A stretch of DNA of 64,000 bases from Curvularia clavata (Eukaryota). The stretch's first letter is position 1; every line of letters starts with the position of its first letter. The stretch covers positions 186,001-250,000 of the forward strand of contig CP089279.1 in assembly GCA_023920165.1 (NCBI GenBank), in the 5' to 3' direction. The translations under genes were made by a program, and so were the position numbers. This document shows positions 49,818 through 62,241 of the stretch, in pieces. The notes below the pieces were generated by a model, which searched no databases, had not been told where the DNA came from, and saw nothing but the letters and a program-made list of their open reading frames with translations.

Positions 49818-50719
49818 CTTTCTCTTTTTTTCTGTTTGTTTCGAAGTCATGGAAACAGGTGGTTAGAGAAAACATCTGGGATGAATACTTTAGACATGGC
49901 GGGTTCACAAAAGTGACTACACAGCTAGTCACGCTGGGTCCAATAAGAAGCCGAAACTATATTTTACAAACAGTACTTCGCTCGTCCTCGATACCACCAA
50001 CTTGACACACCGTGCTACGAACCCTTGTTTGCTTCTTTTTAACAGACGATCCGCTGCTCCATCAAATCGCAAGGCCAGCAAGCGAGCTTGGAGCCGGAAA
50101 GCCCCGTTTCCGCGGCAGCGCTGAAGCGGCCTACCAACAAGCGCACATATGCACAGTTTGACATTCAAAACACCTCGACAAGGCCATCATCAAATGACAA
50201 GTCCCCATATGCAGCCAACCGAGTACGGAGAAGGCACATGAACTAGTGCTTCCAAATCCTCCAGCTTCCTCAAGTGTGTGATCCAACCCCGCAGATTAGC
50301 CATCGGGTTCCAGGCCCTAGTCCCAAGTCACGAATCCAAAGCTATGTCAGTGACTCGTCGCACCGGCCAATAAGCCTGCTAAGGATAATGTTCCGGCGCT
50401 TGACACACACACCACCACACCCGCTGGCCCTGCATGTGAGTGGAGGAGAGACGGAATGTGAATGGGGCTGCCAACGTCATCGATAGGTGTGCAAGTGTGA
50501 TTGAAGAGTAGGGCCGTTATTCGTGCGCGTGTATATATAATAGCTTATGTCCAAAACCTTAGTCCTAGAAAGTGAAGTAACCACAATACCCTTCCTTCAC
50601 TTTGGAGTTTTACACATCACGGTCTTTTGAGTTGCTCACACTCTCGCTCCTGACATACGCGCGCAATAAACCTATGTCTAAATCTGGATCCGGCACCACA
50701 CGAATACACGAGTAGCAAC

Positions 50720-51728
50720 ATGGCCGACGAGAAGAAAGAGCAGGCGAAGCGGGCTGCTGCTGATGACGGGATGTGGGTATCTTCATGGCCTTACGTTTCT
50801 CATCGTTGCGGTTTACTCGACAAGACGTTAGAAACAGCAAGAATGGATATATGAACATAGGTAATAGGAGCGTGTGCTAACAAGTCCCTATCTAGTGTCA
50901 ATCCCTCCGGAGCAATGGTCATGGCCGCAGCGCCCATGTACATCGCCCTCGTGCCCGTCACGTACGTCCCCATATCTGTCCCTATGTTATAAATCAATTC
51001 TAATAAATCAAAACAGTTCCTACCTCACTGCCCCGGAAAGCATATGCCAATCCCTCGTCCACGCCCTGATAAAGCTGCTTCCAGGTATATCCGTATGTCC
51101 CTCCTTCTCCCTTCTGCTAAGCTCGCCTACTCACTTACTGGGCTTCAGGCTACATCCATAACCTCTGGGCGCGCTATCCCTGCTCTCTCAGCCCTCTACC
51201 TTTTCTGGACCTTTGGCGCGTCGGGCGCAATCTCCGCCGCAGGACAAGCCATGGGCCGTCGCGAAGGCCTCGATAACGAGCACCCGAGAAGATACGTGCA
51301 TGAACTGCAGGGACTGCCGCTGCGACTGCGCAGCGCACATTATGCTTTGATGGAGAATTTTCCAGGTAAGTGGGTTGAATCTCGATCTTTGCTACCTATT
51401 CAATTTCCTTGCTTCGTTTCGTTCTGCCTCGCTGCTTCATTTATGACTTTTTCCGCCCCTCATATTTTCTCTGTCCAGAATCTAGTATTGTAAATTCACT
51501 GGCTAATGACGAGATTGAATAGCTTTCGCACTGGCTGCTGCGCTGGCACAGATCATGGCGCCAAATGATGCGCAGATAGTGAATCTGTTGGGTTTCCATG
51601 TCATGGCCAAGCTCATGGTGCATTATCCGTCGTATGTGAGCAACTTAGCGTTGCCGAGGACATTTGCGCATTTGAGTGCTACCGCAGCGCTGGTGAATGT
51701 TTGTTGGAGACTGGCGGGGGCGAGTTAA
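50720..51728 (+). CDS. MAPEG-like membrane protein; multi-exon
   Basis: Spliced frame MADEKK..|VNPSGAMVMAAAP..|..GLDNEHPR....GLPLRLRSAHYALMENFP|AFALAAALAQ..HYPSY..RTFAH resembles the MAPEG RxxxAHxNxxENxP motif. Stop at 51726-51728. Confidence 0.7.
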
Positions 51729-52077
51729 GCGTGGAATTGGAGGCGAGGGGACGATGGCGACTCAAGACTTCTTGTCACCTGGCAGGGAATTTGATTTGGG
51801 CGAATGCTGAGAGTCGGAGCAAGAGGGGGATGAATTAGGGTGATGCTCACTAGCACTTATGTGCCAGATCGTGCATTCAACTGTAGAATATGAAGTTGAT
51901 ACCCATGCACTGGCAGACTATATCATATTCTTTCCCAGAAGACTTTATAAAGCCGAATAAATCTCTACAAATTTCTCCATATCATCAGGAAACTCTGCTA
52001 ATATCTCATTATGGGCTCATTGAAAACCCTGACGCCTAAACTCCATGCTCGCAATAATCATCTTTCTTTCTCTCCAC

Positions 52078-53658
52078 TTATGATTGAAACACATTCTCCA
52101 ACCTCTCGAGCAACAAATCAGCGTGGTGCTTCTGGAAAATAAGCATGGGTCGTAACCTGACGGCCCTCTCGCCCGAACCACCAATGTTCACACCTTGACC
52201 CTTAGCCTTCTTCAAGACCTCATCCCTACGCACACTGTCGAATGCAATAAACGTGCCCTGGCCCTTACCTCTGAGATTTTGAATCTCCTGGGGATATCGC
52301 TCGCTCAGTCGCTCGAGGCCGCTAAACAGATAGTCACCGGTAGCAGCTGTGTTGTTGACCAAGTCCAAGCGCTGAATTTCCTGGATGATGGATCGGAAGA
52401 GGATCGCGCGGGCTGGGTCACCCATCCAGGTGTTGAACTGGCGGTAAGGCTTGTTCGGGCGGAGATCATTGTTGCCAAAGTAGTAACCTGCTGTTTGTGC
52501 CTTCTTGGAGAAAGTGACCATGTCTGGCGGTGTCGATAGTCCCCAGTGCTCGTGGGCCCAGAACTTTCCAGTTGCGCCGACACCGGTCTGTACCTCGTCA
52601 ACGATGAGCAGGACGTTGTGCTTTTTGGTGATTTCGCGGAGGCCACGGAAGAAGAAAGGGGTGGCGTGGTTGTCACCTCCCTCGGATTGGACGGGTTCAA
52701 CGACTACCGCGACGGGTTTGTTGTGGTATTCCTTGAGAAGGCGCTCAGTTTCGTCGAGGCAGCGTTGTTCTTCTTGGGCGTTCTCGGCCTCGTGCTCGGA
52801 GAGGGGATACTTCAGAACGGGGAATGGAGCTTGCGGCCAGTCGAAGGCGGGAATGTCAACCTTGTGGATGGGCTTAGAGCGTGTGGTGGAAAGACTGCCA
52901 AAGAGGCGGCCGTGAAAGCCAGTCTTGAAAGATAGGATAGACATGTCAGGAGCACCGGGAGATTTGTTGTTCATGGAGGACGCAATGTCTTCGGCGGAAA
53001 ATTCAGCATCAGCACCTCCACGCTGCTGCTGTCGCTTCCACATGAAGGCTGCCTTGTAAGCGAGTTCGTTGGCGTCCGAGCCAGCCTGAGCAGTGAAGAC
53101 TTGATTTAAACCTTTTGGCGCTACGGAGAGTATTCCGCTTTCGAGAATATCAGCCCAGTCATGTTGAGGGAAGTTTCCGAGGGCCGGGCGGTTGATGATG
53201 GCTGAGGCCATTTCCGGGGAAGTAGCAGCAAGAAGAAGTGAGGGGTTATTGTAGCCAACTGGGATGGAAGCAATCTGAGCATATACATCAAGAAGTACGT
53301 TGCCATCGAGATCCGCAATGCTACCAAAAGTTAGTTTGTACTCTTATCCAGGAGCAGAGAGAGCATACTAGTTGCCGTAGCTTCGTGAGTAGTCAGCCAT
53401 CATGTTCAAGCTTCGAGTGTCAAACACCTTGCTGAGCTTCTCAATGGCCTTTTGGCTCTTAGGCCCAGGAATCTGTGTTTTCACAATTGGGAGTTTGGGC
53501 TCATCAGGGAAGAAGGATTGCTCTCCGCTGTCTGTGGCAACTGCAGCAGCAGCGGTAGCATATTGCCTCTTGGGCGCGATCCCTCTGGAGACAGTGGGAA
53601 CGTTCGTGCGGGGAATGATTGCTCGAGAGCGAGCAGCAGTACGGAGAAGGGAGGCCAT
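52078..53658 (-). CDS. gatA: 4-aminobutyrate (GABA) aminotransferase
   Basis: Mitochondrial-type presequence, DVYAQIASIPVGYN, FHGRLFGSLSTTRSK, EPVQSEGGD, DEVQTG, VTFSKKAQ (PLP Lys), FNTWMGDP. Confidence 0.96.
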
Positions 53659-55030
53659 TGTGTATAGAGCTATCGGCGTATGCGGTGCGCGATACACAGC
53701 ATACGATTTGCAATATGCGATCGCGCTTTAGAGGAGACGATGGGACACGCAATGCAGATGCGGGGGAACAATGCTGGCGGGATGTCAATAGACGCACAAT
53801 CCGAATTGCGTTCAATTTTGGAAAGAGGTTGAGAGTACTTGACCCAGAACCTCCCTTGAGGAGATGGTCACCGCCTTTTATACTCTGATTTGTTTGCTCC
53901 GCCGATAAAGCCACTGGCCAACCGACACTGACCCGTTGCTATCCCCGCATGCGCTTGTCCAAGGGAAACCCTAAATTTTAGTGTACATTTGGACCCTCGA
54001 CTAAACCCATTCCAGTCGATGAAAATGGCAATGCGATCCGATACACGCCGCAGACGCCTCGTACGCCATAATAGTGTCACGCAGAGTGAGGCGCTGGCGC
54101 GGGGTAGCTGTGTTATTGGCAGCAAAGAACGTCCATGGCTCTGCATGTCGTGTCCTCCAGCTCTCCACTTTTGTGACTAGGTTTGTGTAGCAACGCACCT
54201 GGGCATATATAGCTAGATGACTATATGCTCAATATCAGTCTCGATGTAAGAAAATGCCGATACTAAGAACCGAGAAAAACATCCGTCGGTCTCCAAAAGC
54301 CCCCAGAGCGACCATAGCTGTGGTATCAATGTTTGGTTCTCCACAGCTGCAACGTTGACAGGTCGATTTTGGCGCAGCAGCACTACGCACTATAGCGAGA
54401 CAAGGCCGAAAAGAAGAAAATGAACATGTTGCAATACTGCAATGCCCCAAAGACGATGACAGTCAAACTTACTTCGCAGTATTGGTTTTAGCACGGCACT
54501 GCCGCCAGAAACCAATCCCTACTGGTTAAGAGAGTTGTTTCCCATAGCAGCCATGAGGCAAGGATATGTATACCAAGTGGCAATTCTCTCAATTACTCCT
54601 AGTTGTTGTTCATTGTAGTATCTTTCTTGAATATAACTAGGTGAGGGCCCTGTGACTATTGCATTGGTTTGAAGAACTACCCCTAGTTACCAAGGCACAG
54701 GCCATTCCGTCAGAGAAGAGATGTTTGGGGCTGCACAGCGCCAATGTCGACCCCGATTAGATGCCATAAGATAGGAACACCAATCCGAAATAATGCTTTT
54801 AACAGTGTCCATCACAAAAGACTCCGTGTCCCTCTCGTCATCCATGCAGCCGCTAGCCAGTCAGAAATCGGGCGGACTCCACAAAGCTCTTATGTGATTT
54901 TTCAATCGCCTAACGCCTTTTGATATGCCTATGCAATTGAAGCCTGGCTCGGTCCATTGTATTTGATCTTGAATTAATTAAAAAAAATAGAGAATTGAAG
55001 TAACACACGATTCGAAACAAAAGGGCTGTA

Positions 55031-57969
55031 TTATATTTGTTGCTGAGAGGGGGAGGCGGTGCTTCCGTTTACAAGAGCCTGGTTTCGGTCGCCGGAGCCG
55101 TTTGTGGGGGGTGTTGCGAGCTGCATTGGGCTACCATGACTGTCAATCTGGAAAGCAGTCTTGTCCCCAATAGGCCCTCGATCAACAACTTCAGTAGAAG
55201 ACGGCGCCAAAGCATTGTCCATGGGTGTAAGGCCGGGATTTTCGTTTTCGGTTGATGCAGGTGGAGGTGGGGGTGGGGGAGGAGGCGTAGGTTGCAGCAC
55301 TTCAGAGCCCGTCCGTGTTCTCTTTGGCGAGCCAAATCGACCTTCTTCTTCCCTCTTGCGCTTCAGTTCAGACGCTGAGTCGGAAAGAGCAGGATCATCA
55401 GCCATGGTTGCCACAATGTCAGAAGTGCTTTCACTCCCCTCTTCTTTGACTGCATCTTGTGGAGTGGCCGGTGTCCCATTCTTGGTGTCCGACGCTGTAC
55501 CACTTTGTGAAGCCTTCATCTTCTGCCGCTCGTCTCTCTTTCTGACAGCTTTGTCCATGAATTCTTTTACATATTTCCGCACGGTTTTCTCGTGGTTTGA
55601 GCTGATCTTAGCTGTGGGGTCCTTGACGCGCCCGGATTTATAGTCTCCGCGCACAAGCTTCTTTGCGACCTGTACCTACTGTGAGCAGATTGCTATGGAC
55701 CTGGAGTCAAACGCCTTACCTCCTTGCTTAGTCTCTTGACGTCTTCCTTATCCAGCTTCTTCCGGTAAGACGATGTTACAGCCATAACGTGTGGGGACAA
55801 CTACGAAGGTCAATTACGTCTGTTGTGTTGATTCGAAACACTTACTGTTGCCTCATAGATTTTCTCCTGTTTTTCTATCGGTAAGCTGCGCCACTTTTCA
55901 TCGCGCAATGCTGGCTCCTTGTGTTCGTCAGGAACCGGCTGTGGAGTGGTAGAGGCAGAATGTCTGGTGGGTGTTTCCGTGGAGGTAATACGTGATATGA
56001 TGTCTTGCAGCATTTGCGTATCGCTCTTCGCTTTGTTCTGTTGAGTCGGCGTGTTGACAGCTTGGGTTGGACGTTGCCACTGGGTGACGCCGGATGAGTT
56101 GTAAAAATACGTCGAGCCATTCTCTGCAGTGGCTTGGAACCAGCCTGGCGGGAGGTTGTTGGGCTGACGAGGTCGATTAGCTGGCCGGCCAGCAGCAAAA
56201 AAGTTGGCTGGACCACGGGGCGCATTCAAAGCACGAGGGCCTGAGGGTATATTGGTGGCAGATGGACCTTTTGGCGCAATTGCAGAAGGTGATTTGGATC
56301 TAGACCTTGATCGCTCCCGGCCTCGTTCACGTCGCTCGAAATGGTTTTCTGTGCGGACCGGTGTGCCAGCGTTTGGGTCTCTCTTGATACGAGGTATCCT
56401 GTACGCAACTTCCAGTTTACTCCAGGCACTGAGAAGTTCTGCAGCCAAGGTTTCGACACGCTCGTCTCCATAGTCTTTTAGTTCTGCGACGGCCTCTTCG
56501 ATACCCGATTCCTGGATTTTATTCCGAGTGATTCGCGGAAGTCTTTGGAGGATGTCAAGTACTTGCAAAACGACGTTAGCATCTTCCTGCCATATTTTCA
56601 GTGTCTTTTTCAGAGTCTGGTAGCCGTGGAACTGAACAATGCGGTGGCCAACCCTCTCATTGCTGTTCTGCATGCGGCTGAGTAGCTTGACTGCTATCCA
56701 TTTTTCGGTACATTGACGCAGAGCAGGCACAATCTTCTTCACTCCATCCTCGTCGAGTTCCCTCGGCTGCAAATCGTTGACGTATTCCTCGTCATCTTCA
56801 CTGGCCTTCTTCCTGCGGGGCTTCTTGGCAACAATCGCTTCATCCCAGGCAGCACCATCATCAATGCCAAGCGCCTGAATCATATCGGTGGATAACTTTG
56901 TTGCGTTATCAGATTGTGTCTTCCCACCAATGAAGCCGCTGCAATTGGGTTCGCCGCAGTAACAAGGTTGCGGATCCGCGCCGTACCGGTCCACATTGTA
57001 GTTGAAGACCAATTCCTCGCCTGCTCTGACCTGCCGCTCGACAAAGATGCCCATGCGCAATTTGTCGCCGACAACCCATTTGTCGACGAAGCAGTTGGGG
57101 TTGCATGAGTGATTGCAGAACCGGCCGAGATTGCCTTTCTTCGTGGCATCCACGAATTCGCCCTTGGTCAAAGACATGAAGTAGAAATGCTTGATTCCTT
57201 CTTCGTCGTACTGGCCCATGCGCCGACGAAAGGTGCGTTCATCGATAACCTCCCCAATGTACTCGAAAACAAATTCGCCTGGTGCCATGTCCTTGTTGGC
57301 GCGAAGACCAAACCCTTTCTTTTCCGTCTTGATGACAGAAACATCGGCATACTGTTTTCGCTGGAAGCGTTGATTCTGACACCGCCTGCCGCAGCCGCAG
57401 TCTCCCACACACTCCATTTTTGTGGCGCGGTTGATGCAGTCGGAATCTTCGCCACAAGCATGGTTCTTCCTGGTCGTGGAGTCATATTCCTCCTGGCAGT
57501 CACATTCTAGCGCAGGGTCTGTTGTGCCGATAGTCTTGTTCGCGTACGTGCATTCGGGAAGGACGATGAAGGTCTCTTTGGCGGCGGAGGTCGAGTCTGG
57601 GAGGTCGAGGTACAGCGGAGGCGGTCGTGTGACGACTTTTTGAGCCGCTGTGCGCGATAGCTTGGGTGCTTTGCCTGGTTCCATCTTCAACGTGACGTCT
57701 CCACCTAAGGTTTCTTCGTGGGCACTGCCGGGCGAGGGTGCGTCCAACTCTTGCTTGACCATAGGCGACCGAGATTTGGATCGCGACTTGAGTCTAGGTG
57801 GTATGCTGAGCGGTGTGGGTGCGCGGTCGAGGGAGTCGGCCTCGTCCACCTTTACCACACTTGAGCCGTGGCCCTCACTTGCCCCTTCCGAGGTCGCGCC
57901 TTCCAGCTTCATCTCGCGTAGCTCAGGCTCTAACTGAGCGTGGCTCTTTTCCGAATCGCTATTTGCCAT
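55031..57969 (-). CDS. set2: Histone H3K36 methyltransferase Set2 (AWS-SET-postSET, WW, SRI)
   Basis: [55 protein letters not shown] (LPPGW..YFYN..TQWQRP), C-terminal SRI-like [10 protein letters not shown]. Confidence 0.96.
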
Positions 57970-60900
57970 GTTGGCGACCGTCGTGGGGGTGGAGGAAGAT
58001 GCTGGGGGCGGAAGGTGGAGGATCGCGAGGTTCTGAATGGAAGGGACGCTAACGTTTGATGCCTTTGATCACGCATGCACAGAGGACGACTACCTATTCA
58101 CCTCATGTTCCAAGCGACGCGCACGTAATGGGCAGTATCAGATCCTCCTCTCACAGACTTGAGCAAGAAGCGAATTACTAGGGCGGACACGGTCGCTTGA
58201 GACAGCTGGGCACCGGCTGGGGGGCAAATCTTTGCTGTCCCCCCTGGACGCCAGGTGGTATGCGAGGGCCCGGATTCTGTTCTATACGCATAAAACGGCT
58301 TGGAAGCGCAGAGCGACACGGCTCGACAACAACATATATTGTTTTGACGCGGTTGGTATACAAGTACGCGGGTTCGGGGTGGGCGCACGCAGATATTGTC
58401 GTGGGTTCGAGCGCGCTTGGCTCACAGGCACGGCTGGCAATTCCCTGTGTTTCTCTCCTGTATATTGTCGCACTCGTCGTGTAAGCAGATGTAGGCGACA
58501 AGACCCGGGCAGAAGACGATGTGTTGAGTGGCGCCGTAGACGACGTGGGGGTGTTGATACTTTGGAGATGTGAACAAAAACTAGATTTGTCCCACTTGGT
58601 CCATCCTCAGCCTCGGCCTCACCTTTGCGGAGATGCAGGGCGACTCCGCCAGCGAAAGCCGCTCGAGCTGCGAGCGTCCGCAAACCATGTCACCGATATA
58701 AGAAAATGCGTTAAATAGAAAAGAAAAAAAATGAGGTACAAGAAATCATCGGGCAAAAGTCCACAGGGATGGCAGAGGTAAGGAGAGGCAGACTACTGGC
58801 AAGTCGGGGAGACTCTAGAAGGTTTGTCAGAACATGGTCAGTGTTGGGCGAGATGAGGCCATTGCCAGGCTTCTGTTGCAAAGGCTGCCACTTACACCGG
58901 CCCCATTGGTGCTTTGAAAAGTGTATGTACGCGGTGCCGTCAAGTGCTACATAGTGAAGCATGGCTGGGCACCACACATGTCTGGACGTTGTACAGAGCG
59001 TCGCTAAAGGACGACGCTGGCTTATGGAAAACATGCTCCGGCAATGGTAGAGGCCGGTCACATCAGCGGCTTTGCTATTGGCGCTATGCATGCAGGCATG
59101 GTGTCATGGAAGCCCATGGGGTGGTTTTTGCGGGCGTGGGGACGACTCATGTACATGTAGGATACATTGGATAAGAAAGCCCTAGCGTGACTCAAATAGC
59201 ATCAGTGCCCACACGAGTGTCGGGCGCCGTGAACGAGAACGGGGGATGTCTCAGAGGACTGAGAAAGTGGTGCAAGCCGTTGAAAAAACCAGCCACTTGC
59301 TTCTCAGAAAGCCATTCCGACTCAAACTAGCGCAAACCCAATCTGTAGATCCACGGGCAGAAGAAACCCGTTTTTTTGTGTCTGGGTACGTACGTATGTA
59401 TGTATGCGCGCAGTAAACCTGGAGTCCATGCTTGGGCTGCGATCAACGATCAGCGGCTCATGACGTCTCGAGGAAATGGCAAGCATATGTAGTGGGAGTG
59501 TATCAAGATTTGGCTGTCTCTGCATGTAGCGTCGTGCATGTCGTCTGTCTCAACGATCCGGGACAACGTCATCCAAGTCGCTTGCCCTCAACATATGTAG
59601 AGTATCTCGTGCATGAGCAATGGGTGGCGTGGGTGACGTTTCGGAACCTCAGATGGGTATGTGAGCGGCAGCGAGGGCAAAGTGGAGAGAGTTCATTACG
59701 GAACTTTGAGGCTTGGCAGGGTGCCGTGATTGGCTGACCTAAGCGAGCCCATCCCAAGCTAGCGCAAACTGTGATCCAACGGCTACTCACTCCGAAAACA
59801 CGCCTCCCTGCACCCAGCCTGGACATTCTGAGACGCGAGGCCCGCGCCCCATCGAAAAGGACACCTGTGACCTGTGTTATTGGAGGCTATGCCGAGTCGC
59901 GGGCCGCTCCCGATCGTCGAATGGCTTCGCGCAGGATACCTTCAGCAGCTGGGCGGTGCTGCCTGTCGATGCAAGTGCCTTTTTTTTTATTCCGGTGGCC
60001 GACCAAATCGAGGGAAACAAGACAAAAGCAGACGACGTCGAGCCATGCGGCCGCGACGAGCGTGTATGTGTGTCTGTTCTATACATAACTCGCTAGTACC
60101 GGTCCTGGAGGATATTACAGATCGCACCGTTGGAGACAGGGATCCCAGCGCCCTCTTCCGTCCTATTAGGCGCGACGCTCTCTGAACGATCCGCGCTGGA
60201 CCGCGCTTGACAGATTGCGCGCGCCCCACGAACCACTGTTGCTGTGTACCGCGACATGTGCGCCTCATGGCGGCATCACCTTGACCGCCGTCGCGCAAAA
60301 ACACGGTACTGCGAACTACTCATGTACACACCTCTCAGTCAGCCAGCCAGCCAGCACAACCGAGGCAGAAGTAAGCATGGAGAAAACACGACGGCAGGGG
60401 ACGTGGGTGCAAGGGAAGAAAGGCCCTTTGGTCTCAGCCTAAACCCTCCCCGGCTGGTGAGACACGGCTCAGGCCAGAGCCCTTGCCATTGGCTCATCCG
60501 TTTGCGCAATCGTTTCTGAACATCCACTGACGGCTTTCGAGATGGGTTAAAGCGCCGCCAGATCTTTGCTGCATACCTGGGCTTTGTTATCGATTTGCGA
60601 CGAGCACTGATTTGGACCGTCCCCGTGCGGGAAGCCTTGGGAGCTACAGTCTGCAAGTGGGGACTAGCCGCCTCCCATTCGTTTTCGACCAAATCCGCTA
60701 ATGTATAACATACCGGGTGGCTCTTCCCAGTAATCTCTGACAAGCAAGCAGCAGTCTCTCCTAATTATCTTCTCGACCCAGCCTCATGAGGTGGTCCCTT
60801 TGACGCCCTTTTCCTGCCTGCTGGCATGAAACCCACCACCAGAGCCCGCCGCAGGTTTCTTTGATTTTTACGGCTCTTCTTCATCCCGCTCGTTACTCTT

Positions 60901-61108
60901 TCGTTTCAGCACTCTCGTTTGTTCTGTTGGTAGTAGACGCAGCTATACAACCGCGCGCGAGGGCGCGTTGCTCTTCGCGCCGGTCCACTTACTTCAAGGC
61001 CTTGTGATCGATGCTCGATTTGTCTGGTTGCATACAGCGAGATTTTGCCGTAGCTGCTTTTTAGTCTTCTACCCTCACCTATTTCCATTTTGTCCCGACG
61101 ATCACGAC

Positions 61109-62241
61109 ATGGAGCCCTCCCTCTCACGCGACCCACCATGGGCAGAGCACGAAAAGGTACGTACCCCTCCAAAAACAACCCGTCTGGCTATCGTTGCCAT
61201 TGTGAACCTGATTAACCCAGCCCCTCCTTCATAGGTATACTTACTTGCCGAAGTGCTAAAGGCAGCTCCAGTGCCCTCTCATGTTCTCTTTACATTCATA
61301 CGCGACCACAATATCCAGCCACGATGGAACGACATGGCGTTGCCTCCTGGTGCGTTCACCTTGCCTTCTCAGTTACCCCCATTCTGTACTTCATTCAACA
61401 GCTTAACCCCACGTAACTTCATGTGAATATAGAGAACTCCATGCTAATATGTCACTTGCACTTAGGTCGGTCGGTCCGCTCTAGCCAAATGGCATTCGAG
61501 AACCTTGCCGCAACATATCCTGTTCCAGGACAAGACTATCGACGACCTCACTTACCAGCCCCAATGATGTACTCAGGCCCCGACATCTCTAAAAAGCGAC
61601 CACACCAACCAGAGACCTCTGCTCCGGTTGGGCGACTGCTGCAACCTCGTCCTCCACATTCGTACCCAGGAGAATTCATGCCCGCCGGCCCTGCGTATTC
61701 ATCGGTACATCCAGCGGGGGAACCGACACATAAGAAGAAACGCGGCAGACCGACAAAGGCCGAGGCACAACAGCGAGCACAAGAGGCTGCAGCGCGAGGT
61801 GAAGTATATCCGCCCCCAAGAAGAGGAAGACAGTCTCTTACAGGGCCACCGGAACCATCACCACTTGGCCCAGATCCACGGCCACTCGATCGCACAACTC
61901 CTCCAACGACCACGCAGTCGCAAGCTGCTCCTGTACGGACACCGCAGCAACAAGTCGGAACCGAACAAGGTTCAGAGTCATCATCTGGGAAGAGAAGGCG
62001 CACAAGACCACAGCCGCTAGAGCTGGAGAAACACCACACACCAGCCGGATTGGAATCCCCTCTCGCATATGGATCGGCCGACCCTAATCGCAGCCAGGCT
62101 TACGCATCATTCACGCCCAAATCCGCGCCTTTGCCATCTTCGACTGAATCCAGGGACAGGGATGTCCGCATGGAAGGAGTCGAAGAGACCCAGGCACGAA
62201 CTACGACACCTCACTCGTTCAAAGACACAGTTGGCATATAA
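61109..62241 (+). CDS. Uncharacterised Pro/Ser-rich nuclear protein with an AT-hook motif
   Basis: MEPSLSRDPPWAEHEK|VYLLAEVLK..IQPRWNDMALPP|GRSVRSSQMAF joined over two introns; KKKRGRPTK AT-hook. Confidence 0.75.

Noticed and set aside
58404..58420. GGTTCGA T-loop-like motif suggesting a tRNA
   Set aside because: The flanks do not form a T-stem or acceptor stem, and no A-box is seen at the proper spacing.
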